Shown here piece after piece: positions 9,863 through 20,237 of a DNA stretch of 61,432 nt. The notes beneath the pieces are model-generated. The model did not search any database and was not told the origin of the DNA. It saw only the letters and a list, made by a program, of their open reading frames with translations. The translations under genes and the position numbers were made by a program. Location: assembly GCA_963580875.1 (NCBI GenBank), contig CAUZMC010000004.1, forward strand, positions 1-61,432, given 5' to 3'. The number at the start of each line of letters is the position of its first letter. Position 1 is the first letter of the stretch. This DNA comes from Dehalococcoidia bacterium. GTDB taxonomy: Bacteria > Chloroflexota > Dehalococcoidia > Lucifugimonadales > UBA2985.

Positions 9863-10597
9863 CTACTTTTGTGGCAGGTTCTCAGGCTCGATCCTATTCT
9901 TGAGAATAACTTCGGCCAGGAGTAAGTCAGCCTTGGTGGTCACCTTGATGTTTTCCGATGACCCGGTGAATGTGCTTACTGAGTGGCCCTGTCGCTCTAT
10001 CAGGGAAGCGTCGTCTGTTATCCCATCAAGGTCATGTTGGTACGCTTCTTGAAGTATTTTGTAACGGAATACCTGCGGTGTCTGCGCTGCCAACAAGCCA
10101 TCTCTTTGCAGGGTTTCGAGAACTAAACCATCTTTAATTTTTTTAACTGTATCGTTTACGGCGATGGTTGGAATGGCGGCTCCGATCTCCATTACGTTCT
10201 CCAAACCCAATTCAATTATCTCCCTGGTAACGCAGGGTCTTGCTCCATCGTGTACCATTACCCACTCGCAATGCGAGAGGTACTGAAGACCTGCCTTTAC
10301 TGAGTCCTGGCGTCGTTGTCCACCGGTACAGATGTGCTTCAGCTTTCTCCACCCTTCCTGGATTGCTAGGTCTCGTCCCTTCTCGATGTTGTGCTCACCA
10401 AGAACTAAGATAATCTCATCCACCAAAGGGGATTCTTCGAAGACGGAAATGGTGTGGGCTATCAGTGGTTTACCGAGGAGTTGTGCAAAGACCTTGTCCC
10501 CTGTGACCATGCGTTGACTTAGACCTGCGGCTACAATCACTACTCCTATACGAGAGTTTGTGCTATATCCGGCAGTAGGAGTATTGTTCTGATTCAT
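9863..10597 (-). CDS. ispD: 2-C-methyl-D-erythritol 4-phosphate cytidylyltransferase
   Basis: 244 aa, VIVAAGLSQRM...DKVF, VHDGARP, TPQVF motifs. Confidence 0.93.
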   Translation of the reverse strand: MNQNNTPTAGYSTNSRIGVVIVAAGLSQRMVTGDKVFAQLLGKPLIAHTISVFEESPLVDEIILVLGEHNIEKGRDLAIQEGWRKLKHICTGGQRRQDSVKAGLQYLSHCEWVMVHDGARPCVTREIIELGLENVMEIGAAIPTIAVNDTVKKIKDGLVLETLQRDGLLAAQTPQVFRYKILQEAYQHDLDGITDDASLIERQGHSVSTFTGSSENIKVTTKADLLLAEVILKNRIEPENLPQK

Positions 10598-10878
10598 TGG
10601 CTAGTTCCATTGAGTCTGAGTGAATATAATGCGCCACGCTGTTGCCTAGAGTACCAGTGTGGTCGAAACTGCCAGATGGGAGTTGATGTGTTTTTGCAGT
10701 CTCTCGCAACCGCCACGGGGGCATTATAAAAGAAATCCACTCCAAGGAGCAGTCCTGTTAGGCTCCAAGGAATAAAGCTAGGATTATTACTGGCATCGCT
10801 TATAAGCGTTACTGAACAACATCCACTCAACACTGCGAATAGGGTACACGCAAGGCGATACCCCCACTTTGTTATCAT
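10594..10878 (-). CDS. hypothetical small lipoprotein
   Basis: 94 aa with a signal/lipobox-like N-terminus (LFAVLSGC). 4-nt ATGA overlap with the ispD start suggests coupling. No family recognised. Confidence 0.4.
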   Translation of the reverse strand: MITKWGYRLACTLFAVLSGCCSVTLISDASNNPSFIPWSLTGLLLGVDFFYNAPVAVARDCKNTSTPIWQFRPHWYSRQQRGALYSLRLNGTSQ

Positions 10879-11089
10879 TTATTTTTTTCCTCTGCTACCT
10901 CTCCGTTAGTTACTAACGGAGACAGAAATCCGATGCCATGTAAAGTAAAAAACTTGAAGATAGTTGCATTTACTTTTATATATTCTATAGAAAACTTCTT
11001 ACTACGTCTCCGTTTTGGTAGAGAGTATACAGTAGAGGTGAAGTTGTTATCGGGCAAGGCTGGTTAGAACTGCTCTCTGCTACACTTGT

Positions 11090-11522
11090 GCAGACGTTTC
11101 ATGGTATGCAATCGTTCGCTGTTGCCGATCTTGGAGCGCTTCAGAGCGCCTGGCACGAACTCCATCGTTTTGTTGTACGTTTTCTGTCTATTGGGAATGG
11201 ATAACCATCCTGCGAGGCGGATGTGTCTAGCTTGGATGTAATGCTGTGAAATATACGAGTTGGGATAGGTTTGGGCACATTTTACCTAGCCCAGCTTCCT
11301 TTTCCATGCTCTTTAAGTGGATCACAGACGGATGTTGCCACTCTGCTGCTGTGGCAGTCGAAGCTCACCAATGGACTGAAGCTCAGTTGGTGCCAGACAG
11401 CTGCCTGAGCATTTCCTGAGGATCGTGTTTTTATCAATGGCCAGAGTTATGGCTCTGGCCATATGTCTCATTCGCTGTAAGAGCCATTGTGGTGCTTTGC
11501 AATGGTGAAGAGGGAAGTTCAC
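11090..11522 (-). pseudogene. decayed DUF763-family gene remnant
   Basis: MNFPLHHCKAPQWLLQRMRHMARAI matches the remembered DUF763 N-terminus (LPLHxGKAPxWL..RM). Later conserved blocks appear only in shifted frames (EMLRQLS; FDCHSSRVATSVCDPLKE; SKLDTSASQDGYPF) with several stops. Confidence 0.5.
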
Positions 11523-11659
11523 TATGCTGGTTCGTTACATCGAGGCCTAAATTGTATAATGCTTGAACTATTTATGATATGAAGACTTAGGTGGTAGTAT
11601 CCGCGAGTTTGGGCATGGGAACTTGACCCTCTCTCCTACCTAAACTATGATTATAACTT

Positions 11660-11735
11660 CGGGGTGTGGCGCAGTTGGTAGCGCGCTACGTTTGGGACGT
11701 AGAAGTCGTCGGTTCGAGTCCGACCACCCCGACCA
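11660..11735 (+). tRNA. tRNA-Pro (anticodon UGG), CCA encoded
   Basis: Hand-folded perfect cloverleaf. Acceptor CGGGGTG/CACCCCG, D arm GCGC/GCGC, anticodon arm CTACG-TTTGGGA-CGTAG, T arm GTCGG-TTCGAGT-CCGAC, discriminator A, then CCA. Confidence 0.93.
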
Positions 11736-12078
11736 AACAATTTTCCGCCCTCGTTGCACTTTCTATTTTCGGACTTTTGGAAATTCCAGGCAGTCATTTT
11801 TCTTGCCATCAAGAATCTGGGATCTGATGTTATAGGCCCTGAAACAAAGTGCTATTATTTGCTTATTTCAGAGTAGCCAAATCCACTGAACAGTATGTGC
11901 ACCTAAAGCCCCCTCTTAATTTCAAAATTAATCGATAGGTTTAATCCATGCATTCCATTTTCTGATTCTATATCTTGCAATGGGGTCGCTGGGTATTTTG
12001 AATTTACAGATGCTGTGGATTGGGTTTCCGCTCGACTGCCGTGTATACTGACGCAGACACTATTATATTGGAGTAACC

Positions 12079-12336
12079 ATGGTTTACGCAGACGAGGATT
12101 GGCTGTGCCGCTACCTGGCATACTTTAGATCTACTACAACTCCGGAAATCCCGATTATGACTCCAATGGACGAGATAATTGATAGCTTGAAGGAGGGTTA
12201 TATGAGGGCAAATGAAGTAATGCGTACTGCAAAGACTAAGTATGGGGCACAGCTCATGTGGATTGATATAGAGACTCTCGATAGAGCTGGGCAGTGGAAT
12301 GCTGTGGGGCGTTTTCATCCAAAGGATTTCGGATAG
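12079..12336 (+). CDS. hypothetical protein (weak call)
   Basis: 85-aa ORF with GGAG upstream of the ATG. No recognisable family. Lies in a low-coding-density stretch after tRNA-Pro. Confidence 0.25.
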   Translation: MVYADEDWLCRYLAYFRSTTTPEIPIMTPMDEIIDSLKEGYMRANEVMRTAKTKYGAQLMWIDIETLDRAGQWNAVGRFHPKDFG

Positions 12337-12782
12337 GGGCCTGTTAGTCATTGAGGCATACTTGAGATATTGCATGGATGTGCGCTACTTCAGAATGCTA
12401 CCACGGTAAATTGGGTAACATGGAGTCCCTTTGAGCCTCTCCTTTTAGTGATATTGATATACGTGGAAAAGGTGAATCGGACTATCTCGCTTTTGCGATA
12501 GAACTGTGCGATTTTTATTAATGCATATGGTTCAGGCTACTGTGGACTGGTAGGACAACCTGGAAGGAGATTTGCCAGCAAACTAGGCAAGTCCCAAGGA
12601 ACTCCTTGCAGTACGGATGTCACTGGCTCTCCGATCCTTGGTGATGTCCTTGCATACGTTGAGTATCGCGTTAATGGCGATGTGGAATTGGGCAATTAGG
12701 TGATCTTACTTGGCGAAATTGTTTGCAGAGTCTAATGTTAGGCTAGAAATGCCAGGGCAAATCTACATTCAGGAGATGTATT

Positions 12783-13133
12783 ATGCAATCGGTAAGAATG
12801 TACACAGGGGAAGACGGAAGGACCCACTTCGCGGAAGCGGAACTACCGTTTAACCCTATTCAAGAAACACAGCGTACTGATGTTAATGTGGCTCTGGCTA
12901 TACAGTTTGTGTACCAGCCACCCGGATTTGTCATTGACATGCACCCAGCGCCACGACGCCAATATGTCGTTACGTTGCAAGGGCAGGCTGAGATTGAACT
13001 GGGGGATGGGACCAAACGCAGGTTTGGACAGGGGGATGTGTTGTTATCCGAAGATCTTACCGGAGAGGGTCATATCACGCGTGTTGTAGGAGATGTGCCA
13101 AGGATTTCCGCACAGATATCAATTCCGGAATAG
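12783..13133 (+). CDS. cupin-like small protein
   Basis: 116 aa with GGAG RBS. Beta-rich pattern (HPAPRRQYVVTLQGQAEIELGDGTKRRFGQGDVLL) is typical of single-domain cupins. Confidence 0.6.
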   Translation: MQSVRMYTGEDGRTHFAEAELPFNPIQETQRTDVNVALAIQFVYQPPGFVIDMHPAPRRQYVVTLQGQAEIELGDGTKRRFGQGDVLLSEDLTGEGHITRVVGDVPRISAQISIPE

Positions 13134-13425
13134 TGGACACATGCGGCGCTCTGTCATGGAAAGGCGTGTAATTATGGCACACGGCTTTTGCCTAGTTTAT
13201 AGGGTGGGTGTATTTCTCTAATCTTCTATGGAGTGTGCCTGCTTACCATTCACGGCAGTATTGTGTATGGATGTGTACTCCAGCAGCCGTGTTTCGGCAT
13301 TGTTGTCTGCTTATACAATAATCCTTGTCGTGTGTTGTCAGTCGTCGCAGCCTCATGCAACATTAGCAATGAAGCGTACTCTTGCACTCAGGAACTCTTC
13401 AGCCATGTTGCCTGCGGGGCTATCG

Positions 13426-13451
13426 GCGTTATCAGTGCGTACTGATAACGC
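13426..13451. terminator. 11-bp perfect hairpin overlapping the MFS gene stop codon
   Basis: gcgttatcagt-gcgt-actgataacgc. Sits between convergent cupin and MFS genes. T-tract is only partial (ggttttt downstream on +). Confidence 0.3.
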
Positions 13452-14694
13452 TCTCATGGTTTTTCTTGAGCATGTAGGTTAGAGGTATGGTCATTAGTAT
13501 TGTTGATATTGTTGCGTAGATAGCTATGTCGTAGGAGCCTTTGGTGTCGAATATCCAGCCGTAAAACACGGGTCCTACTACGCCAGCGCCTATTGCTCCC
13601 ACTTGTACCAGCCCCTGGAGTGCGCCAAATGCTCTTGCACCAAACATCTCCATAATCAGGAACGGTCTCAGTGGTATTGTTCCTCCAAATCCAATCCCAA
13701 AGACCAGTGCGAAGATTGCAGCCAGCCAGAATTGCCCTGGTCCTACAGCTGACAGGATAAGAAGCCCCACTATTTGAAACCCTATGAGGCCGCCTAGGAC
13801 AATTCTGTAATCAATCATGTCCGCTAGTGATCCTGAGGCGATGCGGCCGATGCCGCTGAGGAAGAACATCAGTCCCAGAAGGCTCGCTGCTTGAGCAGAG
13901 CTGTAATTTTGGTCCTCCATCATGGGAATAAGGTGCACCATCAAGCCGCTTATGCCCATAAACATCGCTGCAAATAGAGAGGAGAGTACCCAGAACTCTC
14001 GTGTCTTTACCGCTTGAGCTACTGTGAAACCGGTGAATTCAAAATCTTGTGCAGAGCCTTGCTCCTCAGTTTGTTGTGCTGGTGCTGCTTTGGGCGGGTC
14101 CCCGTCTGGTAGGTATCCGTATGGTTCTGGCCGTGGACGGGCTATCAGGGCCAGAGGAATCCCTACAATCCACATACCAACGCCTAATGAAATGGTGGCA
14201 GTTCGCCAGCCTATGAGCCCCTCCAACAGAGCAACGACAACTACAAATGGGCCGCCAATCACCGGGCCGAGCATCGCAATGCCAAGGGCGCGACCTCGCA
14301 TCCTGTGGAACCAGTGTGCGACGGCGGCCACCCATGAAACGCCGTGACCAGCACCGGTCATTCCCAGTGAGGCAAGAAGGAAGGCCGCGTAGAACGTGAA
14401 CAGGGAGTTTATGAACCCCAGCATGATCATGCCTGCTCCACCCAGAATTACCCCCCATAGTATGACGACTCGAGGACCCCATCGGTCTACCAAGAATCCG
14501 ATTATAGGAGCCAGTAATCCTGATTCAACTGCCCGTAAGGAAAAAGCCCCTGAGGTTAGTGCCCGAGTCCAGCCAAACTCGCGGAGGATGGGGAGGAAGA
14601 ACACGTTGAAACCAAGACCGAACGCCATTGTCAGGTAGAAATTCATGCCGACGCTTGCGGCTACTATGTACCATCCGTAGAATACTTTACTCAT
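13432..14694 (-). CDS. MFS transporter
   Basis: 420 aa with about 12 predicted hydrophobic helices in a 6+6 arrangement around a charged central loop, plus an MFS loop motif (DRWGPR). Confidence 0.85.
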   Translation of the reverse strand: MSKVFYGWYIVAASVGMNFYLTMAFGLGFNVFFLPILREFGWTRALTSGAFSLRAVESGLLAPIIGFLVDRWGPRVVILWGVILGGAGMIMLGFINSLFTFYAAFLLASLGMTGAGHGVSWVAAVAHWFHRMRGRALGIAMLGPVIGGPFVVVVALLEGLIGWRTATISLGVGMWIVGIPLALIARPRPEPYGYLPDGDPPKAAPAQQTEEQGSAQDFEFTGFTVAQAVKTREFWVLSSLFAAMFMGISGLMVHLIPMMEDQNYSSAQAASLLGLMFFLSGIGRIASGSLADMIDYRIVLGGLIGFQIVGLLILSAVGPGQFWLAAIFALVFGIGFGGTIPLRPFLIMEMFGARAFGALQGLVQVGAIGAGVVGPVFYGWIFDTKGSYDIAIYATISTILMTIPLTYMLKKNHESVISTH

Positions 14695-15080
14695 CGAAAC
14701 ACGTGAACTCCAAATTCATATTCACTTTGCAATTCATGCTTAACTCAGGCTATCACAAGAAGGTTGTCTATGGTATATATCATTTATCACCTGCGAATGG
14801 CTTTATGCCTTTAATCTTGTAATCTTGCTGGCATAAATTCATATAGGGAAGTGATATATGTCTGACATACATCCAATTTCCTTAGTCATATTCTCGTTGC
14901 AGTTTTGTGAGTCACAAACGTGGCTTATAATACTAACCTGACTCAAATCTTCTTTGGGGCCTATTACCAGCATTGATGCTGCTATGTCGGCGTATCTCTA
15001 TGTTAATTGCCAGTGTCCCTAGGCAGATCTCTAATGCATCTTCACCGTGGGGATCGGCTAGGCTGGGCAAGGCATTGGCT

Positions 15081-15106
15081 GTGATGCCATATCGATATGG
15101 CATCAC
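15081..15106. repeat. 26-bp perfect palindrome in the str-operon/MFS divergent intergenic region
   Basis: gtgatgccatatc|gatatggcatcac. The two 13-nt halves are exact reverse complements. Confidence 0.9.
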
Positions 15107-15206
15107 ATAAATATGCTATCCAAAATTTTACTGAGATAGTTGGTTAGCTTGGCACTGCATTTTACGTGACTATTCTGATCTATACGAAATATTCTAGGAT
15201 TATAGG

Positions 15207-15235
15207 TTGACAAAACAGGTTGTTGGATATACATT
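15207..15235 (+). promoter_or_regulatory. candidate sigma70-type promoter of the rpsL operon
   Basis: TTGACA (15207-15212), 17-nt spacer, TACATT (15230-15235), about 65 nt upstream of the rpsL ATG. Confidence 0.35.
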
Positions 15236-15298
15236 GACTGCTCGGCATTCGAAGCCTTTTGTTGGTCTTTGTTTGTTGGAACTTAAGGAGCATTGAAT

Positions 15299-15730
15299 AT
15301 GCCTACAGTGAATCAGTTGGTGAGAAAACCAAGAGTCAAGGTGGTCAAGAAGAACAAGGCCCCGGCTCTGCGGTATAACTTTAACTCGTTGAAGAATAAG
15401 TTGAAACGGACGGACGGCTCTCCTCAAAAGAGGGGCGTCTGTGTCCTGGTACGTACTATGACTCCAAAGAAGCCAAATTCGGCTTTGAGGAAAGTAGCTA
15501 GGATACGTTTGGCCAATGGAATGGAAGTGACGGCCTACATTCCCGGGGAAGGACACACTCTTCAGGAGCATTCCGTTGTTCTCATACGCGGAGGAAGAGT
15601 CAAGGATCTCCCTGGAGTCAGATATCATATTATCAGAGGTGCTTTGGACGCCACTGGGGTAGCAGCCCGTAAGCGTGGACGCAGTAAATATGGGGCCAAG
15701 CAAATAACAACGCCAGCAGGTAGAAAGTAG
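15299..15730 (+). CDS. rpsL: 30S ribosomal protein S12
   Basis: [12 protein letters not shown]...[10 protein letters not shown] signature. AGGAG lies 8 nt upstream of ATG 15299. Confidence 0.97.
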   Translation: MPTVNQLVRKPRVKVVKKNKAPALRYNFNSLKNKLKRTDGSPQKRGVCVLVRTMTPKKPNSALRKVARIRLANGMEVTAYIPGEGHTLQEHSVVLIRGGRVKDLPGVRYHIIRGALDATGVAARKRGRSKYGAKQITTPAGRK

Positions 15731-15734
15731 AATA

Positions 15735-16205
15735 ATGGCTCGTCGTAATCGCGCTGAACAACGAGAAATATCACCGGATCCTAAGTACAACAGTGTGTAC
15801 TTGGCTGGTTTCATCAACAGGGTTATGAAGGGCGGAAAGAAATCTACCGCCCAGCGTATAGTTTATGGTGCATTAGATGTTCTGGAGAAGGAAACCTCGC
15901 GAGACCCTATGGAGACCTTCACCCAGGCGCTAAGGAATGCGACTCCGCAGCTAGAAGTTAAACCGCGGCGGGTTGGTGGAGCCACATATCAGGTTCCAAT
16001 TGAGGTAAGAAGCAATAGACAGCTATCTTTAGCCATGCGTTGGCTTTTAACAGCTAGCCGTGCTAGGACCGGACGACCTATGATTGAGAGACTTGCCCTA
16101 GAGCTTCAGGACGCTTCTAAAGGGCAGGGCGCAGCAGTGAGAAGAAGAGAGGAAATTCACCGCATGGCTGAGGCCAACCGGGCCTTCGTGCATTATCGGT
16201 GGTAG
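15735..16205 (+). CDS. rpsG: 30S ribosomal protein S7
   Basis: 156 aa, PDPKYNS...GKKSTAQRIVY...HYRW terminus. Confidence 0.97.
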   Translation: MARRNRAEQREISPDPKYNSVYLAGFINRVMKGGKKSTAQRIVYGALDVLEKETSRDPMETFTQALRNATPQLEVKPRRVGGATYQVPIEVRSNRQLSLAMRWLLTASRARTGRPMIERLALELQDASKGQGAAVRRREEIHRMAEANRAFVHYRW

Positions 16206-16254
16206 TGGTCCTCCCTAATATCAATATAGATAATTAACACCCCCCTGTCTTAGG

Positions 16255-18318
16255 TTGGAGAGATTTTCCGTGGATAAAATACGTAATATAGGCTTTATTG
16301 CTCATATAGATGCCGGAAAAACCACCGTTACTGAACGGGTGTTGTACTTTACAGGACGTACTTACAAGATAGGTGAAGTTCATGATGGCACCGCGGTCAT
16401 GGATTGGATGGATCAGGAGAAAGAGCGTGGTATTACCATTACTGCTGCAGCTACTACCTGTGCGTGGAATGATTTTCAAGTCAACATCATAGATACTCCA
16501 GGTCACGTGGACTTCACTGCAGAAGTGGAGAGGAGCCTTCGTGTTTTGGATGGAGGAGTGGTTGTATTTGACGCTGTGTCTGGTGTACAACCCCAGTCGG
16601 AGACAGTGTGGAGGCAGGCCGATAAGTATAATGTACCTCGTATTTGTTTCATAAATAAGATGGATAGGGTTGGAGCTAACTTTGAGCGTACGGTAGATAT
16701 GATCGCCAATAGATTCAGCACAAATCCTGTGCCGTTACAGATTCCAATAGGGCAGGAAGACGCATTCATTGGTGTAGTAGACTTGGTGGAAGAGAAAGCG
16801 ATGATGTTCTCTGATAACGATAATTTCACTCCTGTGGAAGCACCCATTCCGCAAGAAATGTTGGAGAGCGTACGTAGTTATAGGGACCAGTTGATAGAAA
16901 AAATCGCAGAAACTGACGATGCTTTGATGGCTAAATATCTGGAAGAGCAGACTATTTCCAAAGAGGAGATAGTGAGTGCCATTAGAACAGCCACTTTAAA
17001 GAACAGCATTGTTCCGGTGCTATGCGGTAGTGCACTCAAGAATAAAGGTGTTCAATTTATGCTTGATGCAGTATGCGCATACCTTCCCTCCCCATTGGAC
17101 GTGCCTCCCGTTACTGGGATTCGTCCCAAGACGGGTGAGGAAATTATTATGAATCCCGATGTGGATGCCCCATTCTCCGCGCTGGCCTTTAAAGTCATGA
17201 CTGATCCTCACGTAGGGCGCCTGGTATACCTCAGGGTGTATTCTGGTCAGATGAAGGCTGGTACTGCTGTATACAACTCAACTAAGGGCAACCGTGAACG
17301 CATGGGCAGGGCGCTCACAATGCACGCTAACCGTAGAGAAGAAACGGATGTTATCTTTGCTGGGAACATTGCAGCCGCCGTTGGATTGAAGAATACTTTT
17401 ACTGGCGACACCATTTGCAGTGAGGGCTTCCCTGTAATTCTGGAGTCCATTACCTTCCCGGAACCGGTGGTTTCTGTGGCGATTGAGCCAAAGACAAAAA
17501 TGGATCAGGAGAAATTAATAGACTCGTTGATTAAATTGTCAGAAGAAGATCCTACATTCACGGTTAAGGTGGATGACGAGACCGGACAGACCATAATGGC
17601 TGGTATGGGAGAGTTGCATCTTGAGGTGCTGGTCGAGAGACTGAGAAGCGAATTTCAAGTGGGCGCTAACATAGGTCGGCCGAAGGTATCTTACCGCGAG
17701 ACTATCACTGAGCCCTCGAGAGCTGAAGGTAGATTCATACGGCAGACGGGCGGTCACGGACAGTTTGGCCATGTTTGGCTGGAGCTTGAGCCCCTAGAGA
17801 GAAACGGTGGGATCCAGTTTGAGAACAAAATTCGTGGGGCGTCAATTCCCAAAGAATATATCCCTCACGTTGAGAGGGGTGTGCGGGAAGCCCTTGAAAC
17901 TGGCGTGCTGGCTGGTTATCCTGTGATAGATACAAAAATATCTCTTGTGGATGGTAGCTATCATCCCGTAGACTCATCTGAGATGGCGTTTAAGATGGCT
18001 GGTTCAATGGGTGTCAAAGAGGGCGTCAGGAAAGCCAAAGCTGTGCTCTTGGAGCCAATTATGGAGATGGAGATACTCACTCCTGATGAGTTTTTGGGCG
18101 AGGTGTTGGGCGACCTTGGAAGTCGGCGATCTCGTGTTCGCAACATAGAAGCTGCAAGTAACTTGCAGACAATACGGGCGTATGTGCCATTGGCGGAAAC
18201 ATTTGGATACATCACAATCCTTCGTTCGCTCACTCAGGGAAGGGCAAGTCAGTCTATGGAGTTCAGTCATTACGAAGAAGTTCCCCAGGGCGTGGCCCAG
18301 GAATTGGTAAAGGTATAG
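16255..18318 (+). CDS. fusA: elongation factor G
   Basis: 687 aa, TTG start. G-domain motifs [18 protein letters not shown]. Confidence 0.97.
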   Translation: MERFSVDKIRNIGFIAHIDAGKTTVTERVLYFTGRTYKIGEVHDGTAVMDWMDQEKERGITITAAATTCAWNDFQVNIIDTPGHVDFTAEVERSLRVLDGGVVVFDAVSGVQPQSETVWRQADKYNVPRICFINKMDRVGANFERTVDMIANRFSTNPVPLQIPIGQEDAFIGVVDLVEEKAMMFSDNDNFTPVEAPIPQEMLESVRSYRDQLIEKIAETDDALMAKYLEEQTISKEEIVSAIRTATLKNSIVPVLCGSALKNKGVQFMLDAVCAYLPSPLDVPPVTGIRPKTGEEIIMNPDVDAPFSALAFKVMTDPHVGRLVYLRVYSGQMKAGTAVYNSTKGNRERMGRALTMHANRREETDVIFAGNIAAAVGLKNTFTGDTICSEGFPVILESITFPEPVVSVAIEPKTKMDQEKLIDSLIKLSEEDPTFTVKVDDETGQTIMAGMGELHLEVLVERLRSEFQVGANIGRPKVSYRETITEPSRAEGRFIRQTGGHGQFGHVWLELEPLERNGGIQFENKIRGASIPKEYIPHVERGVREALETGVLAGYPVIDTKISLVDGSYHPVDSSEMAFKMAGSMGVKEGVRKAKAVLLEPIMEMEILTPDEFLGEVLGDLGSRRSRVRNIEAASNLQTIRAYVPLAETFGYITILRSLTQGRASQSMEFSHYEEVPQGVAQELVKV

Positions 18319-18328
18319 GTTAGAAAAC

Positions 18329-18637
18329 ATGCCACAACAAAAGATTCGCATAGTGCTAAGAGCATTTGACCATAAGATTCTGGATGTTTCTGCAAGGCAG
18401 ATAGTAGAGACTGCGGAACTGACAGGAGCTGGCGTGGCTGGGCCTATTCCATTGCCAACGTCTATCAGGAGATTTTGCGTCATACGCTCTCCTCACGTAG
18501 ACAAGGACTCACGAGAGCATTTCGAATTGCGCTCTCACAAGAGGCTTATTGATATTCTGGATCCAAGCCCAAAGACAATTGACTCTCTCACGCGCCTCAC
18601 TGTCCCTGCAGGCGTGGATATTTCCATCAAAAGCTAG
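18329..18637 (+). CDS. rpsJ: 30S ribosomal protein S10
   Basis: 102 aa, [16 protein letters not shown]...[14 protein letters not shown]. Confidence 0.97.
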   Translation: MPQQKIRIVLRAFDHKILDVSARQIVETAELTGAGVAGPIPLPTSIRRFCVIRSPHVDKDSREHFELRSHKRLIDILDPSPKTIDSLTRLTVPAGVDISIKS

Positions 18638-18653
18638 TCTCTTAGGAAGATAT

Positions 18654-19280
18654 ATGAAAGGCATATTAGGACGGAAACAGGGTATGACACGCATCTTCAT
18701 GGAGGATGGAGTGGTGGAGCCTGTCAGTGTTGTTGAAGTTGGGCCATGCGTGGTAACGCAAGTGAAAACCCGACAAAGGCACGGTTATCAGGCGATACAA
18801 CTTGGCTATGAAGAGTCCAAGAAACTCAACTCTCCTGAGATTGGTCATCTGAAAAATGTGGCTCCTATGCGGCATCTGAAGGAATTCAGAGTGGATGATT
18901 TAGGCGACGCTCAGATAGGTCAAAAAATAGATGCTGCGATTTTCCAGCCAGGAGATATGATTGATGTCGTAGGCATATCCAAAGGTAAAGGATTTGCTGG
19001 TGCCATGAAACGTCACCACTTTGCAGGTGGTCCAAAGACGCATGGTCAATCGGACAGAGCTAGAGCTCCCGGTTCAATTGGCGCTGGCACTTCACCTGGA
19101 AGAGTTTTCAAGGGAACTCCCATGGCTGGCCATATGGGAGATAGAAGAATAACTGCCGTCAATCTACAAGTGATAAAGGTGGATCTGGAACGTAATCTCC
19201 TTTTGGTGAGAGGTTCAGTTCCTGGGGCTAAGAACGGAATGTTAGTGATTAAAGAGTCTCGGGGGGGGCGTAAACAATGA
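18654..19280 (+). CDS. rplC: 50S ribosomal protein L3
   Basis: MKGILGRKQGMTRIF start at internal ATG 18654. The track ORF start at 18549 overlaps rpsJ and is an artefact. Confidence 0.95.
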   Translation: MKGILGRKQGMTRIFMEDGVVEPVSVVEVGPCVVTQVKTRQRHGYQAIQLGYEESKKLNSPEIGHLKNVAPMRHLKEFRVDDLGDAQIGQKIDAAIFQPGDMIDVVGISKGKGFAGAMKRHHFAGGPKTHGQSDRARAPGSIGAGTSPGRVFKGTPMAGHMGDRRITAVNLQVIKVDLERNLLLVRGSVPGAKNGMLVIKESRGGRKQ

Positions 19281-19939
19281 AGCTTCCTGTTATTAATTCC
19301 TCCGGAGAGACCGTGGATGCTATTGAGGTCAGCGATAGTCTTTTCGATGCGCCCATGAATCGGGCCTTGGTTCACCAAGTGGCAATGTCGCACATGGCGA
19401 ACGCCCGTCAGGGTACCTCCTCTACCAAAACGCGAGGCATGGTATCTGGCGGAGGTATAAAGCCATGGAAGCAGAAAGGCACCGGTAGGGCCCGTCAGGG
19501 CAGCATCCGATCTCCTCAATGGCGTGGTGGGGGTATAGTCTTTGGCCCGCACCCACGAGACTATTCTCAACGCATTCCCAAAAAGATGAATCGTGGGGCC
19601 ATACGTTGCCTCCTCTCTCAGAAAGTTCGTGAAGAGAAGTTGTTGGTAGTGAACGAACTTCAGCTCGGTGAAGCAAAAACCAAGGAAATGACCAAGGTGC
19701 TGGCAAGCCTGGGAATAACCACTCCGGCTCTTATAGTAACAGTCAGTTCACAGGCTGATGTAATTCGCGCAGCTCACAATATTGGCCGCGTGAAAACACT
19801 ACCTGCCCCACAGATAAACACCGTGGACTTGCTGCATCACGACCGTGTTATCATAACGGCTGAAGCAGTGCGTCGTGCTGAGGAGCTGTGGGCTTTGGAG
19901 GACATAAACGTAGCAGGCTCGGACCAAAGGGGAGGATGA
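19277..19939 (+). CDS. rplD: 50S ribosomal protein L4
   Basis: 220 aa, KPWKQKGTGRARQGSIRSPQWRGGG motif. Confidence 0.96.
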   Translation: MKLPVINSSGETVDAIEVSDSLFDAPMNRALVHQVAMSHMANARQGTSSTKTRGMVSGGGIKPWKQKGTGRARQGSIRSPQWRGGGIVFGPHPRDYSQRIPKKMNRGAIRCLLSQKVREEKLLVVNELQLGEAKTKEMTKVLASLGITTPALIVTVSSQADVIRAAHNIGRVKTLPAPQINTVDLLHHDRVIITAEAVRRAEELWALEDINVAGSDQRGG

Positions 19940-19943
19940 AGAG

Positions 19944-20237
19944 ATGTCTCTGCACGTATTTGAGGTTCTTCGTAGGCCACTGATTACGGAAAAAAGCACT
20001 CTCCTGCAGGATACTAGCAATAAGTATGCCTTTGAAGTGGATTCTCGTGCCAACAAGGTTCAGGTGAAAACGGCAGTGGAGCACTCTTTTAGCGTCAAGG
20101 TGACTGGTGTTAATATACTAATCGTCAAGGGCAAGAGGAAGAGATTTGGGCGAAGATTAGTTCAAGAGTCCTCTTGGAAGAAGGCTGTAGTGAGTCTGCG
20201 ATCAGGCGATAAGATTCAATTATTTGAGGGAGCTTAA
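19944..20237 (+). CDS. rplW: 50S ribosomal protein L23
   Basis: 97 aa, RPLITEKS...FEVD..ANK motif. Confidence 0.95.
   Translation: MSLHVFEVLRRPLITEKSTLLQDTSNKYAFEVDSRANKVQVKTAVEHSFSVKVTGVNILIVKGKRKRFGRRLVQESSWKKAVVSLRSGDKIQLFEGA

Noticed and set aside
10900-10922. 9-bp hairpin tctccgtta-gttac-taacggaga upstream of the small lipoprotein gene.
   Set aside because: No U-tract on either strand and no recognisable regulatory family. It is too short to interpret.
11736-13200. att-type direct repeat of the tRNA-Pro 3-prime end that would delimit an integrated island.
   Set aside because: No copy of the tRNA 3-prime segment (ggttcgagtccgaccaccccgacca, or sizeable parts of it) was seen downstream by eye. 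No integrase is present.
18549-18653. N-terminal extensions of track ORFs: L3 from 18549, L16 from 22424, S4 from 31689, RsmE from 48891, L32 from 2213, TrmI from 42961, CoA-transferase from 46753, and the COG1579 gene from 52981.
   Set aside because: The canonical family N-termini begin at internal start codons with good RBS spacing. The extensions overlap upstream genes or are non-conserved-looking.
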